From the NCBI RefSeq assembly GCF_022539665.2, contig NC_081331.1, forward strand, positions 9,114,001-9,178,000: DNA of 64,000 nucleotides, given 5' to 3'. Both the position numbers and the translations under genes were made by a program. The stretch is from Daphnia carinata. Its lineage: Eukaryota. Positions 28,518-39,152 of the stretch are shown one piece after another; position 1 is the stretch's first letter; every line of letters begins with the position of its first letter. The notes below the pieces were generated by a model that was given only the letters and a program-made list of their open reading frames with translations, was not told where the DNA came from and made no database searches.

Positions 28518-29440
28518 TGCCTCGCGACCAGCCTGACGTCTCCCCACAGCCATCTTGGAACAGAGCGACTTGAATGGCGCCCAAGTTAAATTAAATTGCC
28601 CTTGTTAACGTAATTTTAGCTCTAAGCACGTAACGGGAGACTATCGTGGCACAAACTTGTCTAAAAACTTCAATGAGACCGTTGCATCAGCGCAATGGCA
28701 AGTTGAGGGTATAGTTATTGGTTGAGATTTGTATATGTTAACAAAAGCTCGCTATAATATTGAATTAGAACGTATTGCAAACGATTCCCTTCGAAACTAA
28801 ATTATTTGCTGCCATGACTTCGTGAATGAAAACCTCTTCGTGGCCATAAGCAAATCTTGGGTAATGGTCACGAAATATGTCGTGGCAAAAGGTGGATTTT
28901 TAATTACCGCCACGATGAGAAATAACCTGTAGGCTATCGTGGTAAGAGGCAAATATTTGTCATTGTCACGAAAGATGTCGTGGTAATAGCCAGCCTTTGT
29001 CGTCAAGCAACGACATCTTTCGTTGCAATATATTTAACTTTTCGAAAAACTGCAATTAAATGCCAGATGTCCTCAGAGTCCTGACCACAGACCGAGCCGT
29101 TGTGCTCGGTATCTTACACCTCAGGGTGTAGAAGAAAGGGAAGGATTTGACAAGTTAGGGTACCAGATAGGCAACAAGGGCTAGACAGTATCCCTCTTGC
29201 TTCTTATTATCTAGAAGGCTATGCCGTAATACAGGTATCCCTAAGGCAAAACATTGTTTTGTTTAATATTTATGTGAAGCTTGCCGATTCTTCTATTCAT
29301 GCTGGTTGTTTTCAAAGCCAAAGAACCATTGACTTATACCACTAAACTTTAATAGGGCGTGTGACATCAAAGTAGTAATATTTCCCAATTTCAGATAAGC
29401 TTTGACATTTTTTGCTGGCCTCCAATTTGCGTCTCCATCC

Positions 29441-32367
29441 ATGGGCTCTAGAAGGTAAATAATTGTTTACTCAATAAAATTTTTTAAATAGCAACAACTT
29501 GAAATATGTTAATAGAATCTCTAAAACCTGCAATACTTATGTGTTATTTATATAAAATTGGGTAGTTGCAAATGGTTTAATGGAAAGTTGACTTTCTAGG
29601 TGGTTTCATCCTAATGTATCAGGAATTGATGCAGAGCTACTGCTCTTGAAAAGAAGAGTTGATGGTAGTTTTTTAGCACGCCCCAGTAAGAGCAATCCAG
29701 GAGATTTTACCCTCTCTGTTAGGTAACATTAATATATATTGATTTTCCATAAGGCTTTTCATTTTATTTTTATTTTTAAAGGAGAAATGGTGAGGTTACT
29801 CACATAAAAATTCAAAATACCGGAGACTTCTATGATCTGTATGGGGGTGAAAAATTTGCAACTTTGTCTGAACTGGTGCAATTTTATATGGAAAATCCTG
29901 GACAGTTACGTGAGAAAAATGGTGAAGCCATAGAACTAAAGTTTCCTGTCCATTGTTCTGACCCTACTACTGAACGGTAATTTATGGTGTGGGAGAACAG
30001 AGATGTTCATGATGCCATTGTATGTTCAACTGTCAGTTGCTGACTTAAGTAACATTTCTCTTTTCCCAGTTTGTCTTTCAGGTGGTTCCATGGACATCTT
30101 TCTGGTAAAGAAGCAGAAAAAATTCTTCTTGAAAAAGGAAAAAATGGAAGTTTTTTGGTACGTGAATCACAGAGTAAACCTGGAGATTATGTTTTATCTG
30201 TAAGGACTGAAGACAAAGTAACACATGTTATGATAAGATATCAGGTTATTTTACACTAATTAAATGATATTTGTAAAATTTTGCCAATGCCTTTAATGAT
30301 TATCAGGAGCAAAAGTATGATGTTGGTGGTGGGGAAAAATTTGATTCTCTTTCTGAACTAATTGAACACTATAAAAAAAATCCCATGGTTGAAACTACTG
30401 GAACAGTGGTCCATCTGAAACAACCATACAATGCAACAAGAATTCATGCCAGTGGAATAGAAAGTCGAGTTAAAGAATTGCAGGTAAAATGCAATGCAAA
30501 ATAAATTTGCTTACGTTTAAATTTTATTTTTCACTATTCTATCTGTAGAAGGAGCATAGTGTGAGTACAGGAAAAGGAGGATTTTGGGAAGAATTTGAAA
30601 GCTTACAACAACAAGAATGTAAACATCTTTATAGCCGTAAAGAGGGCCAAAAACCAGAAAATCGGAATAAAAATCGATATAAAAATATTTTACCATGTAA
30701 ACTCTTTTATTTAATCACAATTGGAACAAAATTTACATACCTTAATTTTATTCCTAGTTGATCACACCCGTGTTCTTCTTAAAGATGTGGATGCGAGTAT
30801 AGCTGGTGCCGACTATATAAATGCCAACCACATACGGGTAAATAGACGCGTTAGTAACTTTACCGCAGCTTACTATGATGTTTCAGTATCTCACAAAAAT
30901 TTAAAATACATTGTTTTCTAACACGTGTCTCGCAGCCAGAAGACGATGGAAATGGAGACCAGTTCCCACAATACATTGCTACCCAAGGCTGTCTGCCACA
31001 CACAGTCAACGATTTCTGGCATATGGTGAGATTCATGTCAACAAAGACACCAATATAGTTAAACTTTCTGTTATATCATTAATATTTCGACATTTCAGGT
31101 TTGGCAGGAAAATAGTCGCGTAATTGTTATGACAACGAAAGAAATCGAGAGAGGAAAGGTAGAAACGCAAATATCCTTTCACTTGGTTATTTTTATTAGG
31201 TTTATTCATTTTTCTCCGTGTGATATACTAGTCGAAATGTGCACGTTACTGGCCAGAGGAAAATCAAACAAAAGAGTATGGTAAAATTGTTTTAAAGTGT
31301 CTTGGCGATTCGCTTTGTGCTGATTATACTCTTCGAGAGTTCTTAGCAACAAAGGATAACGAAGAGAGGTTGATACATCAGTATCATTTTCAGGTAAACT
31401 TTATATTGGAATTTCCGCCTGCATTCATTTAGAACTATTCTTTGGCTCAAAGGCATGGCCTGATCATGGAGTGCCAGGAGATCCTGGATGCGTGTTAAGT
31501 TTTCTTCAGGATGTGAATACAAAGCAGAAGTCAGTTGCGAATGCAGGTCCAGTAATAGTGCATTGTAGTGCGGGAATTGGTCGGACTGGAACATTCATAG
31601 TAATTGATATGATCATCGGCCAAATAGAAAGACGAGGTATCTTGAAATAAAACAGTGCGAGAAGACAACCAAAAGATTTAACTGCAACAACTTCTTGTAT
31701 AGGATTGGATTGTGAAATTGACATTCAGCGCATGATTCAAACTATTCGTGCCCAACGATCCGGTATGGTGCAAACTGAAGCGCAGTACAAATTTGTCTAT
31801 ATGGCAGTTCAGCACTATATAGAAACTTTATCGCAACGCATGCAAGCGCAGCAGGTAAATGAGTGGACCCGTTATGCTTATTAGATAATCGGGATATGAT
31901 AAAAAAAAATCATTGATTATTTAGAAAAGCCTACAAGCTGGCAGAGAGTATACTAACATTCGTTATTCAACCGAAGGCGGTTTGACTCCTGCTGCTTGTA
32001 CCCAATCTCAATCTTTGGAGTCACCAACGGGCAAGGGTTTGTCAAAATCAACCCTTTCGCTCGCCAGTGTGTCCACTCCTTTGTTAAATTCTTTTCCTGT
32101 CACATTATCTAAGTCGGAGAAACCTCCAAAGGAAACAAAAGGGGTGGCCAATAGAACTGTAGCTGAACATCCGATACCGATGTAAGCTAGATTGCCATTT
32201 ACTAATAATGTTTAAAAACACATTTGTATGTATTATTTTTTTTAAGGCCTCCGAAAGATTTCCCAAAAATGCTTTACGAAAACGTCCCTCTGAACGAGCG
32301 AAAAGGAGCTGGAAACCAAGGACCGCCACTTTTCCCCCCACCACCTACCCCACCAAGAAAAATGTAA
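29441..32367 (+). CDS. PTPN11: Tyrosine-protein phosphatase SHP2 / corkscrew (2 SH2 + PTP)
   Basis: Exons 29441-29454, 29600-29722, 29782-29976, 30082-30244, 30307-30483, 30549-30697, 30758-30837, 30936-31025, 31099-31158, 31232-31393, 31453-31636, 31703-31854, 31925-32181, 32247-32367 (TAA). MGSRRWFHP start, N-SH2 [28 protein letters not shown]2 [28 protein letters not shown], catalytic [23 protein letters not shown], tail tyrosine motifs YTNI and YENV, terminal [10 protein letters not shown]. Confidence 0.97.
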
Positions 32368-34513
32368 ACCGCAAAAAAAAGGCTTCTCATCAGGGTGCAG
32401 ACGTGAATTGGTGTGGAATTGACCAAATTTGGGATGTCGGGAGAAAACAGTTATCCTGTAACCACGTTGGCGACCTGCAGTCGAATAAGATCTTCGTTGA
32501 TTCAACAGACAATTTTGCTTCTTTTTTCCGACATTCCTATATTATGTTTGCATTCCTTCGATTTCTTGCTTTATTTTTGCCTCTTTCGTTCGTGGCTTTA
32601 TTTCCAACATTGGCAAAATATTCATGCCTTTCGATTCGCTTAAGTCACACCATACTTAATCGTTGATGTAAAATGACTGCTGTATTTATCGGTCTCACTA
32701 AAATTCTCTTGCAAAACCCTACCTTTACAATATAAGCTATAAATCAGTTGAAACTGAGCCGATTCGTTGGTACTGTTGCTCTTAGTTCCCATTTCTAAAA
32801 TACATTGTGCTATATATGCCCAGAGAGCTACCAAAAAGCCTCAAATCGCCTAGGAAAGATACGCGAGCAGGTGGGTTAACAGGGATGCTGACGGTAGAAT
32901 TCGTCACTAAATAGAACCCTATGCAGTAGGGTTCGCTAGCAACACCGCACCGCCTTGATTCCCCCATATGTAACCACGAATGAAGGTAGTATCCCATAAG
33001 ACCAAGCAAAAGCAGGCATTGAAAATGGATTGCTTCGCTGACTAAGACCAAATTATACAATTTGCAATTCTATCATTTCAGATTATCAGTTCTCCCTTTC
33101 ATTCGACCAGGTTTTATGTTTAATGTTTGGTCATTAATTTGATGTAGTTCGGCGAAATCTTCTAACGAATATCTTTTCATCGACAAAAAATGATCTAATC
33201 ATAACTTAATTCTTTATCAAGTCTTTATTGTTGGTAACGTTAATGGCATTTATTGGCAAAGACTGTTCAACAAAAGCTAGAATTATTCCCTGATTTTGTC
33301 CAAAACTTGGAAAATAAATTGTGTTTGACACACACGGTGGTGACGTTGCCAATAATAAAACTGGTCAAAGGGAGATTTGTTCTATAAAATTTTAGTCGTG
33401 TAAAAAGTTTTTTCACAAGGTAATTCAGTTAAGAAAATGATTAAAATACGATACAATTCTTAGTGTCATCATAGGATTTCCAGTTGAATTTTACCACTAT
33501 TCCCTGATTTATATGGCGTTATCCGCGTTAACAACAGCTGAATGAATTTCGCATGAAATAGTTTTCTCGGAGAGTTTGCAGATTGAAGCGTAACATTTTT
33601 CATCTGGCTCATTTTAGATGTCAATATCTACAAAACTTCAGATAAATTAGAGCCAGAAGATTTGTCGTAACACCGTTCAAGTAAGTGGTACGACGTCAGA
33701 CTGCGCACGTACCGTACGTAGATTTCTCGGCTGGCTCATGTAGGAGCGGCCTTGCACGCGTATTACAGAAGAACCCGGCTCTTATACACGCAGATTGCTT
33801 TTTATGATTCTTTTCACATACCTCGATAAGCTTGTTTCCCCCTCTCTATTCTACCCATTTTTTTTCATACTGATTCATTTATGGAATTCAAAAAGTTGTT
33901 GGTGATAAACAGGAACGAAGGGAAGACGTTCGTGATGAAACAAAAGCTAATCAGTTAATTACTATCTTCGAATGTAAATAGAGAAAATAAAACAACGAGA
34001 ACGCAACGAGAACAGAATTTATTTTGTTTTACAGTTCATTTGTGTTTGTGTAGTTCTGAAGTTTTTTCACGATGAATTCGTGTATTATTTATTGTTTCAA
34101 TAAAATGTTTTATGACATGAAATCTGTTGTTTTAATGTTACTTAAAATTTTCTTAGCTTTGAAATAGAAGTCAAGAATAATTGTTTTTAAAATTTTTGGT
34201 TAAGTAAACACAGTAAAACCAATGCAAGGTCAAGCTTCTTGGCCGAAATCCTTTTAAAGTAAACATACATAATAAACAGCGAAAAAACCCAAAAAATTAA
34301 ATAAAGACATAAGACAATAAAAAAATTTCGGTTTATGAAATGGAGTTCAAGTTAAAATGAAACAGAACTTAAGAGGTCTATCCAATATACGTCACTATTG
34401 TTTTTAGTTTCCCACAATTCTAATTTTCTACTGCTTCTAATCCCTGAAACAATAGAAAAAAAATAAGTTAACATAAAACTTTAATCTAAAAACTCAACAC
34501 TTTTCCTTCTGTA

Positions 34514-35325
34514 GGGGAGACTGGGGTGATTTGGGACACCTTTTGTTTTTGTTCCATAACTCCTTCACAAATTGCTTGATTTTATTTTTGACTGGATTTA
34601 TATTTTTGCTGTACCTTTCTTTACCTCCGTGTTTTTTTTCCGAATTTTATAATAAATAATTTACGTTTTACAGATTTTTAAAGTTTTGAAAAATTTGAGG
34701 GAGGAGCCTATGGTGTTGGGTGAATTGGGACACCAGGGTGGGTGATGTGGGACACCCTAAGTTTATACTCATAAAATACATTAAAAAAATTGTAATAAAT
34801 CAGTAGGATACTACTAAATATACTCTTTTTTTTTAAAGAAGTAAGTTAGTTAGAAATGTAACTTTTTTACTAATTAATGCAACGCTGTTTTTGTAGCTCC
34901 GCCTTTAACTCCACCCACTACTGTTCAATTTCAGGCACATTTGCTGTCCCAACCAGCCCCAAAAAAAAGTCTTTTGGTAAAAATACAATTTCCCCTCAAA
35001 ATAATGGTCCTAAAATTAAATTTTTTTTTGCAAACGATAGAGAAATGAATAGACTACCTGTTTGTATGTATAAAATATTAACTACTTGTAGTATTGTGAA
35101 GAAAAACACTAAATCGCGGCGAAAAATTTAAGGAAAAAAATACCGTTTTTTTAATTTTCTACATAACTTTTGTATTTTTTCACATATTCGTTTAAAACTT
35201 TTACCCTAAATAGGAAACACAAATACTAATAACATATATTTTTTTTTAAATTTTAAATCAATTACTTCTATTTTTCCTCTAGCTGTCCCACTTCACCCAC
35301 TGTCCCGGCTCACCCCAGTCTCCCC
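34514..35325. mobile_element. TA-flanked MITE (Tc1/mariner/pogo-type non-autonomous element)
   Basis: TIRs GGGGAGACTGGGGTGA / TCACCCCAGTCTCCCC with TA on both sides; subterminal GGGTGA(N)TGGGACA repeats in both orientations. Confidence 0.9.
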
Positions 35326-35563
35326 TACAATGTATTGTTATCCTACTTATCCAATATTATCTTTTCACAAATACACTTGACATAAAATTTAATTTTGACG
35401 TTTGATGTTTTGATATACGGATAAAACCGTCTGCTATGCCGTGTAGGAATACCCGGATATGTGGTTTGCAGAAAGCATAGCTGTCAAAGTAAACCTCATC
35501 GTAAGCCCCCTAGCGCCAAATCAACAAAAAAATCTATATATACATTACCCACCAAACGGGATA

Positions 35564-37264
35564 GAGTCTTTTGGGCTAGTTGGCAAAAGGACTCTAGGGT
35601 TTACGACACTTGGACAACTGGTACACGACGAAAGGACATCTGCCAATCGACGTTCGGACTACTGGTACCCGACGTTTGGGCGCAACAATAAATTGTTGCT
35701 GAGCCCAACGAGCGCTACACTTTCCGACAAGAGGACTCCCGTGCCATCGACATTAGGACTTAAGACCTTTTTTTTACTTGATGGTTGGGACTGTAAACGT
35801 CAAACGGACTCGCACGTAAACGTCAAATGGACTCCCGATCTACCGACAAATGGACTCTCGATACAGGTAAACATTAATTTCTTTTATTTCGTTCACCTAT
35901 AGTATTGCCAAGTAGGTAGGTATTTATTAATGTAATTACTATAGTGATGTTTTTGTATGATGTAACGTTTTGTGAATTGTAATATCTGTATTATAGAAAA
36001 AAAGTATTAATAAAACTATAAGAGTTTATGTGCTCATGCCCGAGTAAACCAATCAAGTTTTTATTATTTAAATTTACTAATCCTTTCTATTATTCAAGGC
36101 ACTAAGGTTTCTATTGGTGTAGTAATAGAAACCATATATTATGTTATTGAATCGTCATCCAAGACATTGTATGATATGGGAGTATGATATAGTATATGTA
36201 TGATATATAGAGAGTATGATATATAGTATGATATGTATTGTATGATATAGTGTCGGTTATTAAGAAACATGGAAATAGAGGAAAAAGTAAGACCAAGGAA
36301 GAATTCTGTGAATTATATTAAGTAATTATGAACATATCCTTTTTTCATTTGCAGCACGAACTCATAATTCCATTATTGACTCAAAGTCAACAGCCACACT
36401 TGTCTCGAGGTCCCAATGTTCATATCCAGGGAAAGGTAATGCTAACAGCAATCCTTCAAATAATTTTACAAAATTGATGAATACATAATATTTCTATTAA
36501 AAGCATACAATACATTCTTTAAAACCGTATGGTGGTATCACTGGTCTAAGTGTTTGTAGTTTCTTTTCTGTTGCAATGGGAGATGATACGGCAAATCAAG
36601 TACCTTTTCGTCTGAACCTCTCTGTCTACGCCATATGTGGCATTAACTTTTAACTTACCCCACTCGTGCCCAGTTGCAGCTTTCATTACAACACTATCTT
36701 GTTCTACATAGGATTTCAAGTGCTCGAGACATTCTTCCGATTTCACGTAATTTTGTATTTATTTGTAAATAACACCTTGGTCAAACGCCATGGCCAAAAA
36801 GTAAATACACAATTGCAAGTGGCGCTAAAGTAATATAGTTTTATTAATACTCTTTTTTTCTATAATACAAGCATTACAATTCATAAAACGATACATCATA
36901 AAAACACATCACTAGTAATTACATTAATAAATACCTACCTACTTGGCAATACTATAGGTGAAAGAAATAAAAGAAATTAATGTTTACCTGTACCGAGAGT
37001 CCGTTTGTCGGTAGATCGGGAGTCCGTTGACGTTTACAGTCCCAACCATCAAGTAAAAAAAAAGGTCTCAAGTCCTAATGTCGATGGCACGGGAGTCCTC
37101 TTGTTGGAAAGTGTAGCGCTCGTTGGATTCAGCAACAATTTATTGTTGCGCCCAAACGTCGGGGACCAGTAGTTCAAACGTCGGGTTCCAGATGTCCGAG
37201 TGTCGGAAACCTGCAATCAAAAGTCGGAAACCCTGGAGTCCTTTTTGTAACTCACCCAAAAGAG
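35564..37264. mobile_element. Foldback-like element with ~450-bp inverted arms and a ~0.8-kb spacer
   Basis: 35564-36020 is the reverse complement of about 36834-37264 (for example cccgacgtttgggcgcaacaataaattgttgctga vs tcagcaacaatttattgttgcgcccaaacgtcggg). Confidence 0.85.
36168..36251 (+). repeat. Short degenerate GTATGATAT tandem repeat in the foldback spacer
   Basis: About six gtatgatat units with variable spacers. Confidence 0.8.
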
Positions 37265-37266
37265 TA

Positions 37267-38531
37267 CATGCCCCACCAAACGATTAGGTACACCTCTCTT
37301 TTTTCAATGCATTCTTATGGCGCTAAGTGTCTCGGGAAAACTTAAATCTTTTTTACGGTTAGAGCTAGATTTTTTTTCTTTTTTTCTCTATCAGGAAAAA
37401 TGACGCTTTACAGGTTTCACACACACGAAAAAATTGTAGGAGTTACACTAATGGTGATAACGTATCGTCCACTTGATTAGATACATCCCCTTTTCCCCCA
37501 TAAACGCCATGTTAAAACCGGCGTTTTCTAAAATCTAAATAAAGAATTTCAAAAATAGGTAAAATTTAAATTTTGTGCCAAGAGATGCGCCATTCAATAT
37601 TGTATTGAAAAATAATGTATGTTTTGTAATTTGTCAAAGTAAAAATACCCTTCCCTATACCTCAAAGTATGCACACTAAAATTTTTTGACGAAAAAATTA
37701 TGTTTTGTGCTTGTGTCACCAGGGGAGCTGGGTATCAGTACTGACGCACTCTCGTATTTTTATTGAAAATATAAAAACATCATTCATATTCCGCATTAGA
37801 AAAATGGACTTGAACTATATTTGATGCAGAAATCTAGAACAAAATATTAATCGGCTTTTTAAAAAAAAATTACTTTGTAAGAAAAAACTGGGTAGGCATC
37901 TTGCAAAATTTACAGTTTAATCAATCGTCTTCTGGGTAAAATATTGAACAAATATTAAAACAATTGTTCCAATTGTTTTAACATTGTTTTTCTCCCAACG
38001 AAAACTTATTAGTTATCACCCGCATTCCGCAATTCAAGTAAATTCGAAAGTACTTGAGTTTTCATACCCAGTGACTCTGATGGCACAAAAACAAGTTATG
38101 ATTTTTCCACAAAAAATTTTAGTTTTAACTTCTTGGGGATAGGAAGTATTTTTTTACTTAGTCAGATTATTAAAAATACTATAGATTTCAATAGAATAAA
38201 GAATGGCAAGTCATTTGGCAAAAAAAAATAAATACTAGCATGGTTTGAAGTATTTTAATCTGATTTTTAAAAACATCGATTCTTACATGGCGCTTATGGG
38301 GGGAAACGGGATGGACTAATCAAGTAAACGATACTTTATCGCCGTAAATGTAACTCTACAATGTTTTCGTGTTTGCAAAACTTGTAGAGGGTCATTTCTC
38401 CTGATAGAGGAAAAAAGAAACAAAAAGTTAGCTCTATCAATTAAAAAGATATTTAAGTTTTCCCAAGACACGTAGCGCCATTAGAATGCATTGAAAATAC
38501 CGTGGTGTACCTAATCGTTTGGTAGGTACTG
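37267..38531. mobile_element. TA-flanked Tc1-like MITE with ~500-bp imperfect inverted arms
   Basis: Ends TA|CATGCCCCACCAAACGATTAGGTACACC and GGTGTACCTAATCGTTTGGTAGGTACTG|TA. Inverted similarity continues inward for hundreds of bases (caatgcattcttatggcgcta / tagcgccattagaatgcattg). Confidence 0.85.
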
Positions 38532-38536
38532 TATAT

Positions 38537-38780
38537 TGTCGCGTTGGCGCCAACAGCGCCAAGATGGAGATCCCACCCCAATTATGGCCGTCCTTCGGAG
38601 CACCACCCTCGTCGTGGGAAATAAACGGAGCGATCTTGCACTTCTGTGTGAATTAATTAGTTTTTGCAGTTAGTTAGCAGTTAGTGGCAGTTGTGTTATT
38701 ATACCTCTTCGTGAAATACACATTATTTTAATCTGAAGCACGACTTCTCTATCTCTGGAACAAGATCCGCACCCATGACA
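38537..38780 (+). repeat. 5' LTR (244 bp)
   Basis: Begins TGTC, ends GACA, contains AATAAA near 38620 and is followed immediately by a PBS. No partner LTR was found, so the boundaries are inferred. Confidence 0.7.
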
Positions 38781-38796
38781 TGATGGAGATGCAGGG
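38781..38796 (+). promoter_or_regulatory. Primer-binding site complementary to the 3' end of tRNA-Ala
   Basis: TGATGGAGATGCAGGG versus the expected TGGTGGAGATGCCGGG for eukaryotic tRNA-Ala (2 mismatches; tRNA sequence recalled, not searched). Confidence 0.65.
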
Positions 38797-39152
38797 TAAC
38801 ATTTGTTAGGTTCTTTTCGTATGGGTCTTTGTGACTTTTTGAATAAGGGACTTGGAGGCGGCTGGGTGGTGCCCAGGAGGTTGGTGGTGACTGGCCGGCT
38901 AGAAAGTGCCTTAAATTGTTTTAAATCCTTAAGTGAAGGAAGTGATAAGTAAGTAGACGACTTCTCCAGAGTTTTACCTCTCGCTACAGCACCGACTCTT
39001 GTGATGGCCCAGCGTGCTGAAATTAAAGAAAACGGTAGGCCTCACGCTCGCGCACCTGCACAGTCAGGATGATGAGCCGCTCAACGTGCACAGGCCCATC
39101 CATTGCACTATCGTGCAGCCTCAGTCTTCCGCGGAAGACCAGACGACGATGG

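Noticed and set aside
30005..30045. ATGATG...CTGA in a csw intron as a C/D snoRNA
   Set aside because: Imperfect C box, boxes only about 30 nt apart, and no terminal stem.
32208..32666. 152-aa ORF overlapping the csw 3' end, and an apparent frameshift in the last exon
   Set aside because: The spliced frame reads cleanly to [14 protein letters not shown] at 32367; the long ORF is an off-frame read into the 3'UTR.
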